29,832 nt of DNA from a virus (IMGVR_UViG_3300042940_001590:1-29832); one strand, 5' to 3'. Positions 8,464 through 16,905 are shown, counted from the first letter of the stretch. A program made the numbers and translations. The notes: generated by a model not told the origin, from the sequence alone.

Positions 8464-8859
8464 TCAAATTTTATCGTGCATATTAAATTTCTTCATAACC
8501 TCAATATACTCCTCGCGCGACTTGCGACCGAAGCCGTTACCGATTCCAAAATAGGAAATATGCGGGCATTCGGAAAGTCTAGGATTTCTTCCTAGTCCTT
8601 TTCTGTAAAAATATGATTGAACCTTATTAAGAACTCTCCCGCTAAAAACTTCATCAGCGTAGGGATCGGCTGTGAGTGGTTTTTGAGCGGTGATAGAGTC
8701 GTATTCTGTCATTAGCAAATCTAGCTGTTCGCCAAATTCTTCACCGTCACCATTTTGAAAGCCTTTCCAAGTCCTATTTTCGCAACCTTCATGAGCTAAT
8801 TTTAAAACCTCAATTAGTTTGTCGCATAACTCTGCTTTCTGCTGTTCCTGTGTTTTCAT
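8464..8859 (-). CDS. Hypothetical protein; C-terminus resembles an RNA polymerase alpha-CTD-like helix-hairpin-helix (weak)
   Basis: FSGRVLNKV...IGNGFGRKSREEYIEVMKK pattern. The product call is speculative. Confidence 0.55.
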   Translation of the reverse strand: MKTQEQQKAELCDKLIEVLKLAHEGCENRTWKGFQNGDGEEFGEQLDLLMTEYDSITAQKPLTADPYADEVFSGRVLNKVQSYFYRKGLGRNPRLSECPHISYFGIGNGFGRKSREEYIEVMKKFNMHDKI

Positions 8860-9110
8860 AGTTGTTTAATTTTATCGTGATTTTCATTATAAACCTGATT
8901 CATTAATTTGATTGTTTCGGTCATTTTGGCTATTAAAATGCGTTCTTTCATTTCTCCAATAGCATGATTTCCTTTCGGTAATTCCCAATCTAAAAACTGA
9001 TCAAAGAATTCAAAAACGACAGGAAACCCAAGATAATAAATGTCGGAATAGCCGTATTTTTCCAAAGCCCAATTTTTAAAATCGACCTCACAATTTCCGC
9101 TTAAATTCAT
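8856..9110 (-). CDS. Hypothetical phage protein
   Basis: 84-aa ORF, ATGA-coupled. Confidence 0.7.
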   Translation of the reverse strand: MNLSGNCEVDFKNWALEKYGYSDIYYLGFPVVFEFFDQFLDWELPKGNHAIGEMKERILIAKMTETIKLMNQVYNENHDKIKQL

Positions 9111-9165
9111 ACCTTCTTCAAATTACAATAAGTTGTTACAATTCGTTTATCGTTTACTTCGATTA

Positions 9166-9996
9166 CTAAGAAAATAAAGTCGATCCGCTTTTCTCAATTT
9201 CTGATTTAGCAAATCCAAATTCTTCAATATCCTTTTTTATTTGCTTTTCCTTTTCAAGCCATGAATTGGCTTTTAATGCAAATTCTTTCTTTATCTCAAA
9301 GCCGTAAACCTTTCTATTCAACCTTTCACCTGCTATCAATGTAGATCCACTTCCTGCGCATGGATCAATAACGACATCGCCTTCATCTGTGAAAATTGAA
9401 ATCAATGTTTTTAAAAGCTCTACTGGTTTTTGTGTTGGATGAATTTTTTCGCTTTCGTTATCTCTAGGCCAATCAATACAATTGAAAATCATTTTACCGT
9501 TGTTTCTGAATTTAGGTAGTTTATCCCTGTAAAGAATCAAGCCGTATTCGCAATTACCGACAACCTTCATGTTTGCTTTTAAAACCTGCGCACTGAAATT
9601 TTTCCTAAAAACTAAATTTATATAGTTGTTTAATCCGTATCGTTTAGCCAATTCAATCAAATACATTTGTTGATCGAAAGCGCAAAATATAATCATACAA
9701 GGTGCATCGCTTTTCTGTCTTGCTTCACCTTCAACTTTTGTTTTTTTAGTCTCGGATTTTAGCATTTTACTGCAAAAGTGCATGAACTCAGCGGGTCTAA
9801 AATCTTCATCTGTATCGAAGAAACTTTTGCCTGCTAAATCGCTTTCACCATTTGAATTATCACCATCCTTGTACCAAGCAGGATTGGAAGCATAAGCGTT
9901 ATTTCCTAAGTTATAAGGAATATCGGCAATTATTAATTGAGCCTTTGGTAAATTGTAGCTCTTGTAATTTTGAAAATGGTCTCTATAAATCATCAC
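9166..9996 (-). CDS. Orphan DNA amino-methyltransferase (N6A/N4C, beta class)
   Basis: Motif IV IADIPY precedes HPTQKP and motif I VIDPCAGSGST. Confidence 0.93.
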   Translation of the reverse strand: MMIYRDHFQNYKSYNLPKAQLIIADIPYNLGNNAYASNPAWYKDGDNSNGESDLAGKSFFDTDEDFRPAEFMHFCSKMLKSETKKTKVEGEARQKSDAPCMIIFCAFDQQMYLIELAKRYGLNNYINLVFRKNFSAQVLKANMKVVGNCEYGLILYRDKLPKFRNNGKMIFNCIDWPRDNESEKIHPTQKPVELLKTLISIFTDEGDVVIDPCAGSGSTLIAGERLNRKVYGFEIKKEFALKANSWLEKEKQIKKDIEEFGFAKSEIEKSGSTLFS

Positions 9997-10769
9997 TCCA
10001 CTATTAAGTTAAATTTTCGTTTTAGGGCTTCTTCGACTATCATACGGCAGAATATGTATTCGACGGGTACCGGTGGTGCTATTCCAAGAATAGGATTCGA
10101 AGTAGCTAGCTCTTTTTTCTCATGGTATTCTAGTTGCGCTTTTTTGATTACCGATGTTTTGAAGTCTTGACTAAACATATCGGCAAAGTTTTTCGCAAAA
10201 GTCTTTGCTTGCATGTCCGTGCCAGTCCAACCCGTGCCATTATTTAAGCAATCTAAGTAAAGTTTATGCGCTTCCGATCTGAACTTTTCACCCTCTTTTT
10301 TCATTGCTATTTCCTCCGAAACTTTTGATTCTACTTTGCTTAGTTCGTATTTGATAACCTGCTTTTTATTCCAATAGTCTCTAATCGGTTGAATTAGTTC
10401 GTCACGGGTTAATGTCGTGTAGGCTTTTTTTTCGATTGTAGCGTCGTTATAAGCGTTTTTAATATCTCGCACCGTACAACCTATTAAAGTCTCGCAAATC
10501 TTAGCATATGCCGTTCGGAATAAATCAGGATGTACGTTGTCTTTGTTCAATCCGAACAGCAAGTTTGTAGCTTTTCCGAAAAGATCAATCGTGATCGACG
10601 GGTCCTTACTAATCGGATCGCTTTCACTAAGCATCTTCGAAACTTGTGAAAGGTTCGTCGTTATCCCCTTCGCTAGTAACGTCGATTTGACCTGATCCCA
10701 TGACGCGGCTAACAAAGTCTCTGTCTCGTTGCTCCCAATCAATTGGTTGTTTTGTTCCTGTTGCTCCAT
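9993..10769 (-). CDS. Replication-associated protein, putative helicase loader (lambda P position)
   Basis: 258 aa, directly downstream of the initiator and overlapping it. Function inferred from position only. Confidence 0.5.
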   Translation of the reverse strand: MEQQEQNNQLIGSNETETLLAASWDQVKSTLLAKGITTNLSQVSKMLSESDPISKDPSITIDLFGKATNLLFGLNKDNVHPDLFRTAYAKICETLIGCTVRDIKNAYNDATIEKKAYTTLTRDELIQPIRDYWNKKQVIKYELSKVESKVSEEIAMKKEGEKFRSEAHKLYLDCLNNGTGWTGTDMQAKTFAKNFADMFSQDFKTSVIKKAQLEYHEKKELATSNPILGIAPPVPVEYIFCRMIVEEALKRKFNLIVE

Positions 10770-11421
10770 TTGCTGTTGTGTTTAAAGGTTTTAAATATGG
10801 TAATGTATTTTTAAGTTTTGTTTTCCAATTTTTAATTGGCTTGTCGTTTCCGTCCTTCCATCCGTTGTCAACCCATGATTCGTATTTTGATTGTATGGAA
10901 TATTTAAGGCTTTCGAATTTATCTTTAAATTCTTTGATCAATGATACGTATTCTAAAAACTCGGTTAAGGATGGAATGCTTGTACCTTTGTTTAATGGTA
11001 TATTGGTAGTATTGTTTATTGGTATATCTATACTCACAGTGCTTTCTACTATGCTTTGATTGGTGCTTCGCGTTTGCTTTGACGTGTGCTTTATCATTGC
11101 TTTATCTAGTGCTTTGTTATGTGCTTTGACATTTTCTTTCAAAGCGATTACGTTACTAGAGTATTGATTTTTAGAAAATGCTACAACTGAAAAGAACCCA
11201 AATTTTGCTAAATCATCAAAGTGTTTTTTATAAACTGAATAGGATTTTATACCTGTTGCCTCCATTACCATAGATGTAGGTAAGCCAAATTTATCCTTCC
11301 AACCCAATCGGTTACAGTGTTCAATTGAAAAGAAATAAATAGCGCAATGAGTCGGCTTTAACAACTCAGGATTAGCAAAAGCATAGTCCCAATAATTACG
11401 TGACAGTTTAAAAATGTCCAT
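10627..11421 (-). CDS. Replication initiator / replisome organizer (lambda O-like)
   Basis: N-terminal wHTH-like region (IEHCNRLGWK..FGLPT), iteron-encoded linker, C-terminal YESWVDNGWKDGNDKPIKNWKTKL domain. Confidence 0.8.
   Translation of the reverse strand: MDIFKLSRNYWDYAFANPELLKPTHCAIYFFSIEHCNRLGWKDKFGLPTSMVMEATGIKSYSVYKKHFDDLAKFGFFSVVAFSKNQYSSNVIALKENVKAHNKALDKAMIKHTSKQTRSTNQSIVESTVSIDIPINNTTNIPLNKGTSIPSLTEFLEYVSLIKEFKDKFESLKYSIQSKYESWVDNGWKDGNDKPIKNWKTKLKNTLPYLKPLNTTANGATGTKQPIDWEQRDRDFVSRVMGSGQIDVTSEGDNDEPFTSFEDA
11040..11127. repeat. Iteron array, putative replication origin
   Basis: TGCTT(T/C) at 11040, 11052, 11064, 11075, 11087, 11098, 11110 and 11122 (11-12 bp period), next to an AT-rich tract at about 10985-11035. 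Confidence 0.75.
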
Positions 11422-11423
11422 GA

Positions 11424-11636
11424 TTACTGCATTTCTTTATGAAGCATATGAAGTGCTCCTATAAGTTTAAAAACATCAGATTTATATAAATCAACACTTT
11501 TATAGGAATCGGGATCATCTTCATCAAATACACTAAAATTAATGCAGTCAGGTAATTCTTCTGATTGATTGTTTTTAGTAAACAATTCAACTTCCATTAC
11601 ATATCCTGTTTCTTGTGTTTTAAACTTGTAAATCAT
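11424..11636 (-). CDS. Hypothetical protein
   Basis: 70-aa ORF between the structured leader and the initiator. Confidence 0.7.
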   Translation of the reverse strand: MIYKFKTQETGYVMEVELFTKNNQSEELPDCINFSVFDEDDPDSYKSVDLYKSDVFKLIGALHMLHKEMQ

Positions 11637-11650
11637 AAAAGTTTATTAAA

Positions 11651-11748
11651 TAAAAAACGCCTTGCAATCCGTGGGGGTCTCACTTCCCAGTTCATGCAAG
11701 GCGTTAAATAACGTCTTTGGTTCTATAATGTGAGACCGAACCGTTCCG
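11651..11748 (-). ncRNA. Structured leader RNA / attenuator with loop-loop complementarity
   Basis: Hairpin GGTTC..GAACC with loop GGTCTCAC, then terminator stem AACGCCTTGCA/TGCAAGGCGTT plus a U tract with GTGAGACC in its loop. A -7-like TATATTAG lies at 11749-11756. Confidence 0.7.
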
Positions 11749-11767
11749 CTAATATACGAATAATTGG

Positions 11768-12019
11768 TTAATCTGTATTCGCGTTTGGGTGAATTGTTGA
11801 AACATATTTCGGATTTACTTTTACAATTTCACGTTCAGGGCCTTTTGTGATAAAAAACCCTTCCGGTATAAATCCTATTTTATCACCATCCTCATCATAC
11901 ATTTGTATAATTCCGCCATGAGTGTAAAAACATTCTCTAGCCTCATTGTTTCTGCTGTAATAAACTTTTTGACCTTCGTCTAATTCAAGCATTGGACTTG
12001 TTACTTTTAATCTTGGCAT
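11768..12019 (-). CDS. Hypothetical protein
   Basis: ATG 12019 (MPRLKVTSPM) preferred. Confidence 0.65.
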   Translation of the reverse strand: MPRLKVTSPMLELDEGQKVYYSRNNEARECFYTHGGIIQMYDEDGDKIGFIPEGFFITKGPEREIVKVNPKYVSTIHPNANTD

Positions 12020-12092
12020 ACTATTTATATTGATTGTTAAAAATTCATTTAAAACAATATCCAACTATATAAAGTCGGAATTCGTTGCACTT

Positions 12093-12233
12093 TTAGTTTT
12101 GATCGTCGTTTTCAATATTTGATCTTATTCGGATATAATAATCCCATATTTCCCAAATATATTTCAACCGATTTTTATATTTACTTCGTCTTTCGCGTCT
12201 AATCTGACGTAATTCTGTCTTTGAGTATTTCAT
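12093..12233 (-). CDS. Small basic hypothetical protein (46 aa)
   Basis: Not in the track: MKYSKTELRQIRRERRSKYKNRLKYIWEIWDYYIRIRSNIENDDQN; starts 1 nt after the upstream stop. Confidence 0.55.
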   Translation of the reverse strand: MKYSKTELRQIRRERRSKYKNRLKYIWEIWDYYIRIRSNIENDDQN

Positions 12234-12234
12234 A

Positions 12235-12399
12235 CTAAAAATTCATTTGAGTAATGTAAATTGGTTCTATTCCTTCATGGTCGAGTTCGAACTCTACTAG
12301 TGCTTCAAGTATCGATTCACCTTCAACGGTTATACCTGTTGACATCGGTGCGCCCGCTTCTGTTGTGCCGGAAATCCAGCAAATGTGAAATGTTCTCAT
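12235..12399 (-). CDS. Hypothetical protein
   Basis: ATG 12399 (MRTFHICWISG) preferred. Confidence 0.6.
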   Translation of the reverse strand: MRTFHICWISGTTEAGAPMSTGITVEGESILEALVEFELDHEGIEPIYITQMNF

Positions 12400-12412
12400 A
12401 CCTTCTCTGCTT

Positions 12413-12661
12413 TTAAAATAACATTTTGTGCTTTTCAATAGTAACAACTATTGGGGATTTATCTGATTTTCTTTTATTGCTCTGATAAACCTGTATAGGA
12501 TAGTCTAAATGCAAATTTGAAATCAATTCAAATACACCATGTGTTTCAAATCCGTAATCAAAACTTCCTTCTTTCGGCTTTCGATTATCTAGTAAACTTC
12601 TTAATAGTTTCAAATTATCTTCTGCTGAAAGTCCAACAAAATCTTTTACTGTAATATTCAT
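12413..12661 (-). CDS. Hypothetical protein
   Basis: 82 aa, ATGA-coupled. Confidence 0.65.
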   Translation of the reverse strand: MNITVKDFVGLSAEDNLKLLRSLLDNRKPKEGSFDYGFETHGVFELISNLHLDYPIQVYQSNKRKSDKSPIVVTIEKHKMLF

Positions 12662-12909
12662 AATCTTTCTGCTTTTAAAACTGTTTGGTGTTTGCCTGTT
12701 AATCCGATTACTAGTTGAGTGCCTGTTATCGATCCTAAGTTGATAACACGATCAAAGTGTTGCCAACTAGGAAGGTTGTACCGTGAATAACATCGCTTCA
12801 ATTTCACCTCGGTAATCCGGTAATCGCTCGGATTAAAATCTTCGTCGTGCTTTGGCATAACTTGATTACGTTGGCTGTCGTAGCCTTGTACGGTGCGGGA
12901 TGGGGTCAT
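12658..12909 (-). CDS. Hypothetical protein
   Basis: 83 aa, ATGA-coupled. Confidence 0.65.
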   Translation of the reverse strand: MTPSRTVQGYDSQRNQVMPKHDEDFNPSDYRITEVKLKRCYSRYNLPSWQHFDRVINLGSITGTQLVIGLTGKHQTVLKAERL

Positions 12910-13127
12910 GGCTTTTGTGATTTAATTTCATCAATCAAATTTTCAAACTCATGCTCCAAAGACTCGCAATGGTCGCAATGGCATTCTGAGAATCTAATTT
13001 CATCAGATTCTTCAACCGCGCATCCTTGCGCTTTGTAATAAGCTTCTTGTAATTTCCATTCAGCATCTACGTAATCACTATTACAAGCTGAAAAAACTTG
13101 TCCTGATTTACATTTAATTCCGATCAT
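12906..13127 (-). CDS. Cys-rich hypothetical protein
   Basis: 73 aa with CHCDHC; ATGA-coupled. Confidence 0.65.
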   Translation of the reverse strand: MIGIKCKSGQVFSACNSDYVDAEWKLQEAYYKAQGCAVEESDEIRFSECHCDHCESLEHEFENLIDEIKSQKP

Positions 13128-13996
13128 GTTTTTCGTTTGAAAAATTCGTACTCTAGTTTATTTCTGTTGGCGAAATCCTCATCGAGCGTTTGCCAGTATT
13201 CGTTCATTAGGTTTACCTGTTGGTTGATTAGAAGTTGGTCACGTTCGGTGAAGTCAACGCGAAGCAATCTAATCCGATCTTCAATCGGGTTCTTTGCCTC
13301 GAAATCGTATTCGTGTTTAACGTCCTCTAAGAACTCATCGGTTATCTGTTCGCTCCAATGATACCCTGCTTCCTCCCAAAGCGGTTTAGCTAGGCTGTAA
13401 ATCATTGTTTCGGGTGGGTTCATTAGGATTCTGATAAGCGCGAAATGATCACGTTCGCCTAAGTAGCAATAACCTTTTCCTTGCCATTCGTAAATTGATT
13501 GGATTTCCTTGCTGAAAAACCCTAATCCGCTTGGCTCCCAAACACACTTCGTATCACCAATGAAAATAGGCTTTATGAAATCGTAAGTACCGTGAATGTA
13601 ATCGTTTTCGAGGTGCTTTTCATTCTTGTAAGTGAACGGATAACCAAGGTATTCGCCCGCCTGTTTAATCGCTTGTGCCTCGCGTTCGTTTCCCTTGCGT
13701 GTGTACTTATTTGAAAACCGCTTTTGGTAGTCGAATTTCTGCCCGTACCACTTGTTTTGAACGTGCGTTTTAGCGCCTACAGATAACTCAGGGTTAAACG
13801 GTGTATCTCTCTTTTCGATAAGTAAAGCTAAATCGCGTTCCATGGCAGGAGTTAACTTGCTGTTTTCCTTAGCCTGTAAGCACTGATCCAAACGCTTTTG
13901 ATCCGTAACGCCTAGCGGTATCAAACTACCACCAAGTTCAGCACCGACCATCAAATGACCAAGTGCCGAACATCGCTCCTTTATTAATCCTGCCAT
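13124..13996 (-). CDS. YqaJ/lambda-exonuclease family PD-(D/E)XK nuclease
   Basis: RCSALGHLM, KGNERE, GTYD..DTKC and YEWQGKGY motifs; lies near the SSAP gene. Confidence 0.8.
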   Translation of the reverse strand: MAGLIKERCSALGHLMVGAELGGSLIPLGVTDQKRLDQCLQAKENSKLTPAMERDLALLIEKRDTPFNPELSVGAKTHVQNKWYGQKFDYQKRFSNKYTRKGNEREAQAIKQAGEYLGYPFTYKNEKHLENDYIHGTYDFIKPIFIGDTKCVWEPSGLGFFSKEIQSIYEWQGKGYCYLGERDHFALIRILMNPPETMIYSLAKPLWEEAGYHWSEQITDEFLEDVKHEYDFEAKNPIEDRIRLLRVDFTERDQLLINQQVNLMNEYWQTLDEDFANRNKLEYEFFKRKT

Positions 13997-14628
13997 AATT
14001 TCTTAGCTGTATCGAATTTAGATTGTAATTCCTTTACAGCTTTTGTAGCGTAAGAAAGTGAGAAAGAATGATCTCTAGGGTATTTGCCTGATTTCAAACC
14101 TTCTTGTCGTTCTTTTGCTTCTTCTAATTTAAACTCAAAATAGTCGATGCTTTCAGGCATTGAAAGGTTTATCTCTTCTGTTTTTGACTCCCAATATTTA
14201 GCTCGTTCAGCGTATTCATTTGCCTTATCATTTAATTCAACCGCTTTGCGCATTCGGTTATGGTTTCGCTCAATTAATGCTCGGTGTCTTTTTTCCGAAT
14301 GGTGACCAATTTTAATTGGTTCAGCCAATACAAGAAAATCACGACCTTCATGTGAAGCTTTCCAACTTTCTGTACTTTTATGCTCTGCCGTAATACTAGC
14401 GTTGTTTAGTTTTTCAGCTTTGCGTTTCGACCATTCTTGCGTATTAAAACCATCTGCACGAACGATCGAATAATAGTGAAAACCATCTTTTTCAAAGAGA
14501 AAATTATGAACAATATTTTCAACTTCTTTACCGTATTTGGTTGTCAAAATAATTGTTTCAAATTTAGCGTGTCTTTCTGTGCATTTCGCAACAAAAACAT
14601 TCGGGCAATATTTTACGTATGTATTCAT
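13984..14628 (-). CDS. DUF3560-family protein
   Basis: Signature EPIKIGHHSEKRHRALIER. Confidence 0.85.
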   Translation of the reverse strand: MNTYVKYCPNVFVAKCTERHAKFETIILTTKYGKEVENIVHNFLFEKDGFHYYSIVRADGFNTQEWSKRKAEKLNNASITAEHKSTESWKASHEGRDFLVLAEPIKIGHHSEKRHRALIERNHNRMRKAVELNDKANEYAERAKYWESKTEEINLSMPESIDYFEFKLEEAKERQEGLKSGKYPRDHSFSLSYATKAVKELQSKFDTAKKLWQD

Positions 14629-14648
14629 GTTTTCCTTTTTCGTTTCAA

Positions 14649-14718
14649 CAAATATAAGTTTGATTAAAGTAAAAAACCGCCCAGTTGTGATGAGCGGTTT
14701 TTCAAAATGTTAAACGGT
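14649..14718 (-). promoter_or_regulatory. LytTR-box promoter C
   Basis: ACCGTTTAACA (14718) and ACCGCTCATCA (14698); TATATTTG starts at 14656 (42 bp). Confidence 0.8.
14671..14702 (-). terminator. Intrinsic terminator overlapping the proximal LytTR box
   Basis: RNA AAAAACCGCUCA-UCACAAC-UGGGCGGUUUUUU just after the SSAP stop. Confidence 0.7.
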
Positions 14719-15509
14719 TATTTCGGTATTGCCTCGTCGAGTTGTTTAATCTGATCGGGCGTACAGTCGTATTCCGCTTTGATGTTTTCGGGGTCAACAC
14801 CTTCGAAAACTATTGATTCGATAGCTTTGGTTAGTAGTTCGGGTGTCATTGGTGGTTTATTAATAGTGGATTCAATTGGTTTGGCTATTTCATGTAGCTT
14901 CAAATCATCAACATCACCATCCGTAACCACCTCACCACTGACTACGGATAGCAACCACGCTAGAGCTTTTCTCTTGCCTTTTCCGATAACAGCGTCAACA
15001 GATGTCCATGAATCTATTTTAAGCGGAATAGGCACGGTTTCCTCGCGTGAATCACCGTTTATCTCCCACTTGATCAAAGCTTCAACCAAAGCATTTTTAT
15101 TCTCAGTTGAAAAGACTTTAATTGACTGAACAATTGAATACTTCAAACCTTGCCATTCATTCGCTTTTCTTTCGAGTCCGTTTTTAGTTGGGTACATATT
15201 ACCCGCAATGATATTGAACTCGTTGTTAGTTGGTTGATAACCTTTTAGAACGGCTTCAATTAAACAATACTGTACAACGTCCACGGGATAACCGCCTGTT
15301 TTGTCTTTGTCTGTTCTGAATCCTAATGATGTGCCTTGTAAAGCCATAATTGGACTCATGTACTCGGCATCTAAAAGCGTTTTAAGTTGCACAATTGCAC
15401 CACTTACAATGTGCGCTTTTTGGAATCCTGTAATGTTTTTCTTTCCGATAACGGATAAAACCACACCGTCAATTTGCTCTGACTTTAAAATTAATGGATT
15501 TTTATTCAT
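14718..15509 (-). CDS. Probable single-strand annealing recombinase (RecT/Red-beta-like)
   Basis: CLIEAVLKGYQPTNNEFNIIAGNMYPTKNGL resembles the RecT core; acidic helical C-terminus; near the exonuclease. Confidence 0.6.
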   Translation of the reverse strand: MNKNPLILKSEQIDGVVLSVIGKKNITGFQKAHIVSGAIVQLKTLLDAEYMSPIMALQGTSLGFRTDKDKTGGYPVDVVQYCLIEAVLKGYQPTNNEFNIIAGNMYPTKNGLERKANEWQGLKYSIVQSIKVFSTENKNALVEALIKWEINGDSREETVPIPLKIDSWTSVDAVIGKGKRKALAWLLSVVSGEVVTDGDVDDLKLHEIAKPIESTINKPPMTPELLTKAIESIVFEGVDPENIKAEYDCTPDQIKQLDEAIPK

Positions 15510-15673
15510 ACTTCTTTCTTTCTGTTTACGATTTCTACTCTGTCCGATTTTAAATTACCTAGATGCTCATCTAGGATTTTATCTACCATTTTTTTTAATT
15601 CCAAGTGTTTTGATTTTGGCACTCTAAATGAAATAATAGATGTTTCTTCCTTGTATTTTTTTTGTCTGCTCAT
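15506..15673 (-). CDS. Ribbon-helix-helix (CopG/Arc-like) transcription regulator, 55 aa
   Basis: Not in the track: MSRQKKYKEETSIISFRVPKSKHLELKKMVDKILDEHLGNLKSDRVEIVNRKKEV. Beta-ribbon ISFRVP followed by an amphipathic helix; ATGA overlaps with both lytTR and the SSAP gene. Confidence 0.75.
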   Translation of the reverse strand: MSRQKKYKEETSIISFRVPKSKHLELKKMVDKILDEHLGNLKSDRVEIVNRKKEV

Positions 15674-15993
15674 AATTTATATTTTTCAATAAACGAAAAT
15701 GATTGTCTTCTTGAAAATTCAACCTCAATTTTACTATCCATAACGGCTTTTATTGAGTTTGAAAACCATTCTTGAACTTCTGTTATTCGATCAGTATTAA
15801 CAACTACTTTTCTATTTGCTCTAAAAAAACATTCTGGAATTTTACTTTCCAAATCAATTAATGATCCAAGCATTGTTAATCGTTGATTATTAGTTACAAC
15901 ATCAATGTAATTTCCGTTTGATTCAAAAAATAAAACGTCATCAAAATTTAACCAGTGAATGCCTTTTGAATCCTTTACAATAAAATTTTTCAT
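15670..15993 (-). CDS. Stand-alone LytTR DNA-binding domain protein (no receiver domain)
   Basis: DDVLFFESNGNY..., SLIDLESKIP..FFRANRKVVVN, EVEFSRR. ATG 15993 lies downstream of the -7 element. Confidence 0.92.
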   Translation of the reverse strand: MKNFIVKDSKGIHWLNFDDVLFFESNGNYIDVVTNNQRLTMLGSLIDLESKIPECFFRANRKVVVNTDRITEVQEWFSNSIKAVMDSKIEVEFSRRQSFSFIEKYKL

Positions 15994-16007
15994 ATCCTTT
16001 GTTTTCT

Positions 16008-16049
16008 TTCGTATACAAATATACATATTAATTGTATACGAATCACAAA
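16008..16049 (-). promoter_or_regulatory. Host-type promoter of the lytTR-RHH-SSAP operon with a palindromic operator
   Basis: -7 TATATTTG (16016-16023) and -33-like TTTG (16046-16049). Perfect 11-bp inverted repeat TTCGTATACAA (16008-16018) / TTGTATACGAA (16032-16042). Confidence 0.75.
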
Positions 16050-16054
16050 AGGTT

Positions 16055-16240
16055 TTATTTTTTTGAAATTAATTCAATTTTACCAACCTTTAAATCGCCT
16101 AGAAAATCATCTAAAATTGCGATGTATTGATTTTCTGTTAGCTCCTCAAATTCATCAAATTCTATCCCTAATCGCCCTAAATCAACCATCAAAGGAAGGA
16201 AGCTAATCGACACTATTTGTGCTTTTTTCTTTGATGTCAT
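16055..16240 (-). CDS. Hypothetical protein
   Basis: ATG 16240 (MTSKKKAQ) after promoter D. Confidence 0.65.
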   Translation of the reverse strand: MTSKKKAQIVSISFLPLMVDLGRLGIEFDEFEELTENQYIAILDDFLGDLKVGKIELISKK

Positions 16241-16252
16241 ACGTTTTTTCTT

Positions 16253-16301
16253 CAAAGTTACTACTGTTTTTTACCCGTTTCTCGTAATTGTGATGAACGG
16301 T
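16253..16301 (-). promoter_or_regulatory. LytTR-box promoter D (single clear box)
   Basis: ACCGTTCATCACAA (16301); TAACTTTG starts at 16260 (41 bp). Confidence 0.75.
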
Positions 16302-16609
16302 TATGGTTGCCGTAAGTCTTTAAAGTAAATCCACTCATCGCCCTCTATAACGCCATAAACATTATCCCACATCATCAAAATCGGCTTATTTGGTTTATAC
16401 TGGCTTACAATCAAAACATACTCACCGAACTTCGGATCGTTTGATCTGTTGCTTGTAAATACGTTCCACTTCGGTTTGAATTGGTCTGCGTATTCTTCCA
16501 TGGCGTTGATAACATCTTCTTTATCATAAAAAGGATCATTACAATTACCAACTTCATCAAATTCACCTAACGTGAAAGTTTTGTTTAATATTTCCTCTGC
16601 TGTTTTCAT
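16301..16609 (-). CDS. Hypothetical phage protein
   Basis: MKTAEEIL...VINAMEEYADQF. Confidence 0.75.
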   Translation of the reverse strand: MKTAEEILNKTFTLGEFDEVGNCNDPFYDKEDVINAMEEYADQFKPKWNVFTSNRSNDPKFGEYVLIVSQYKPNKPILMMWDNVYGVIEGDEWIYFKDLRQP

Positions 16610-16647
16610 AATCCAAAATCTTGATTATCGCGTCTCATGTACGCGGG

Positions 16648-16893
16648 TTAGTGTGACAATTCTCTTAAAGTCATTACGGTTATACTTCTAAATTTTTGCT
16701 GAAGCATTCCTTTAATGTAAACAGCAGGGTCTTCTTTGTAAAATTCCCTTACATCTACAATTACTAGCCGTCCGCGATCACACAACTTCAAAAATATACC
16801 ATCGATAAAATTATCACCTTTTACACAACCACCATCCATAACTATCTTAAGCGCTTCGTAAAAGTCTAAATTGTATTCTACTTTTTTGCTCAT
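16648..16893 (-). CDS. Hypothetical protein
   Basis: ATG 16893 (MSKKVEYNLDFYEALK) preferred. Confidence 0.65.
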   Translation of the reverse strand: MSKKVEYNLDFYEALKIVMDGGCVKGDNFIDGIFLKLCDRGRLVIVDVREFYKEDPAVYIKGMLQQKFRSITVMTLRELSH

Positions 16894-16905
16894 ATCAATC
16901 AACGT

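Noticed and set aside
9166-9996. Restriction-modification system
   Set aside because: There is no adjacent endonuclease, and orphan methyltransferases are common in phages.
15994-16026. Longer starts given in the ORF track (also 1570, 16255, 17929, 18386, 20317, 27623)
   Set aside because: They begin within or upstream of the predicted -7 promoter elements, and downstream ATGs have proper A-rich leaders.
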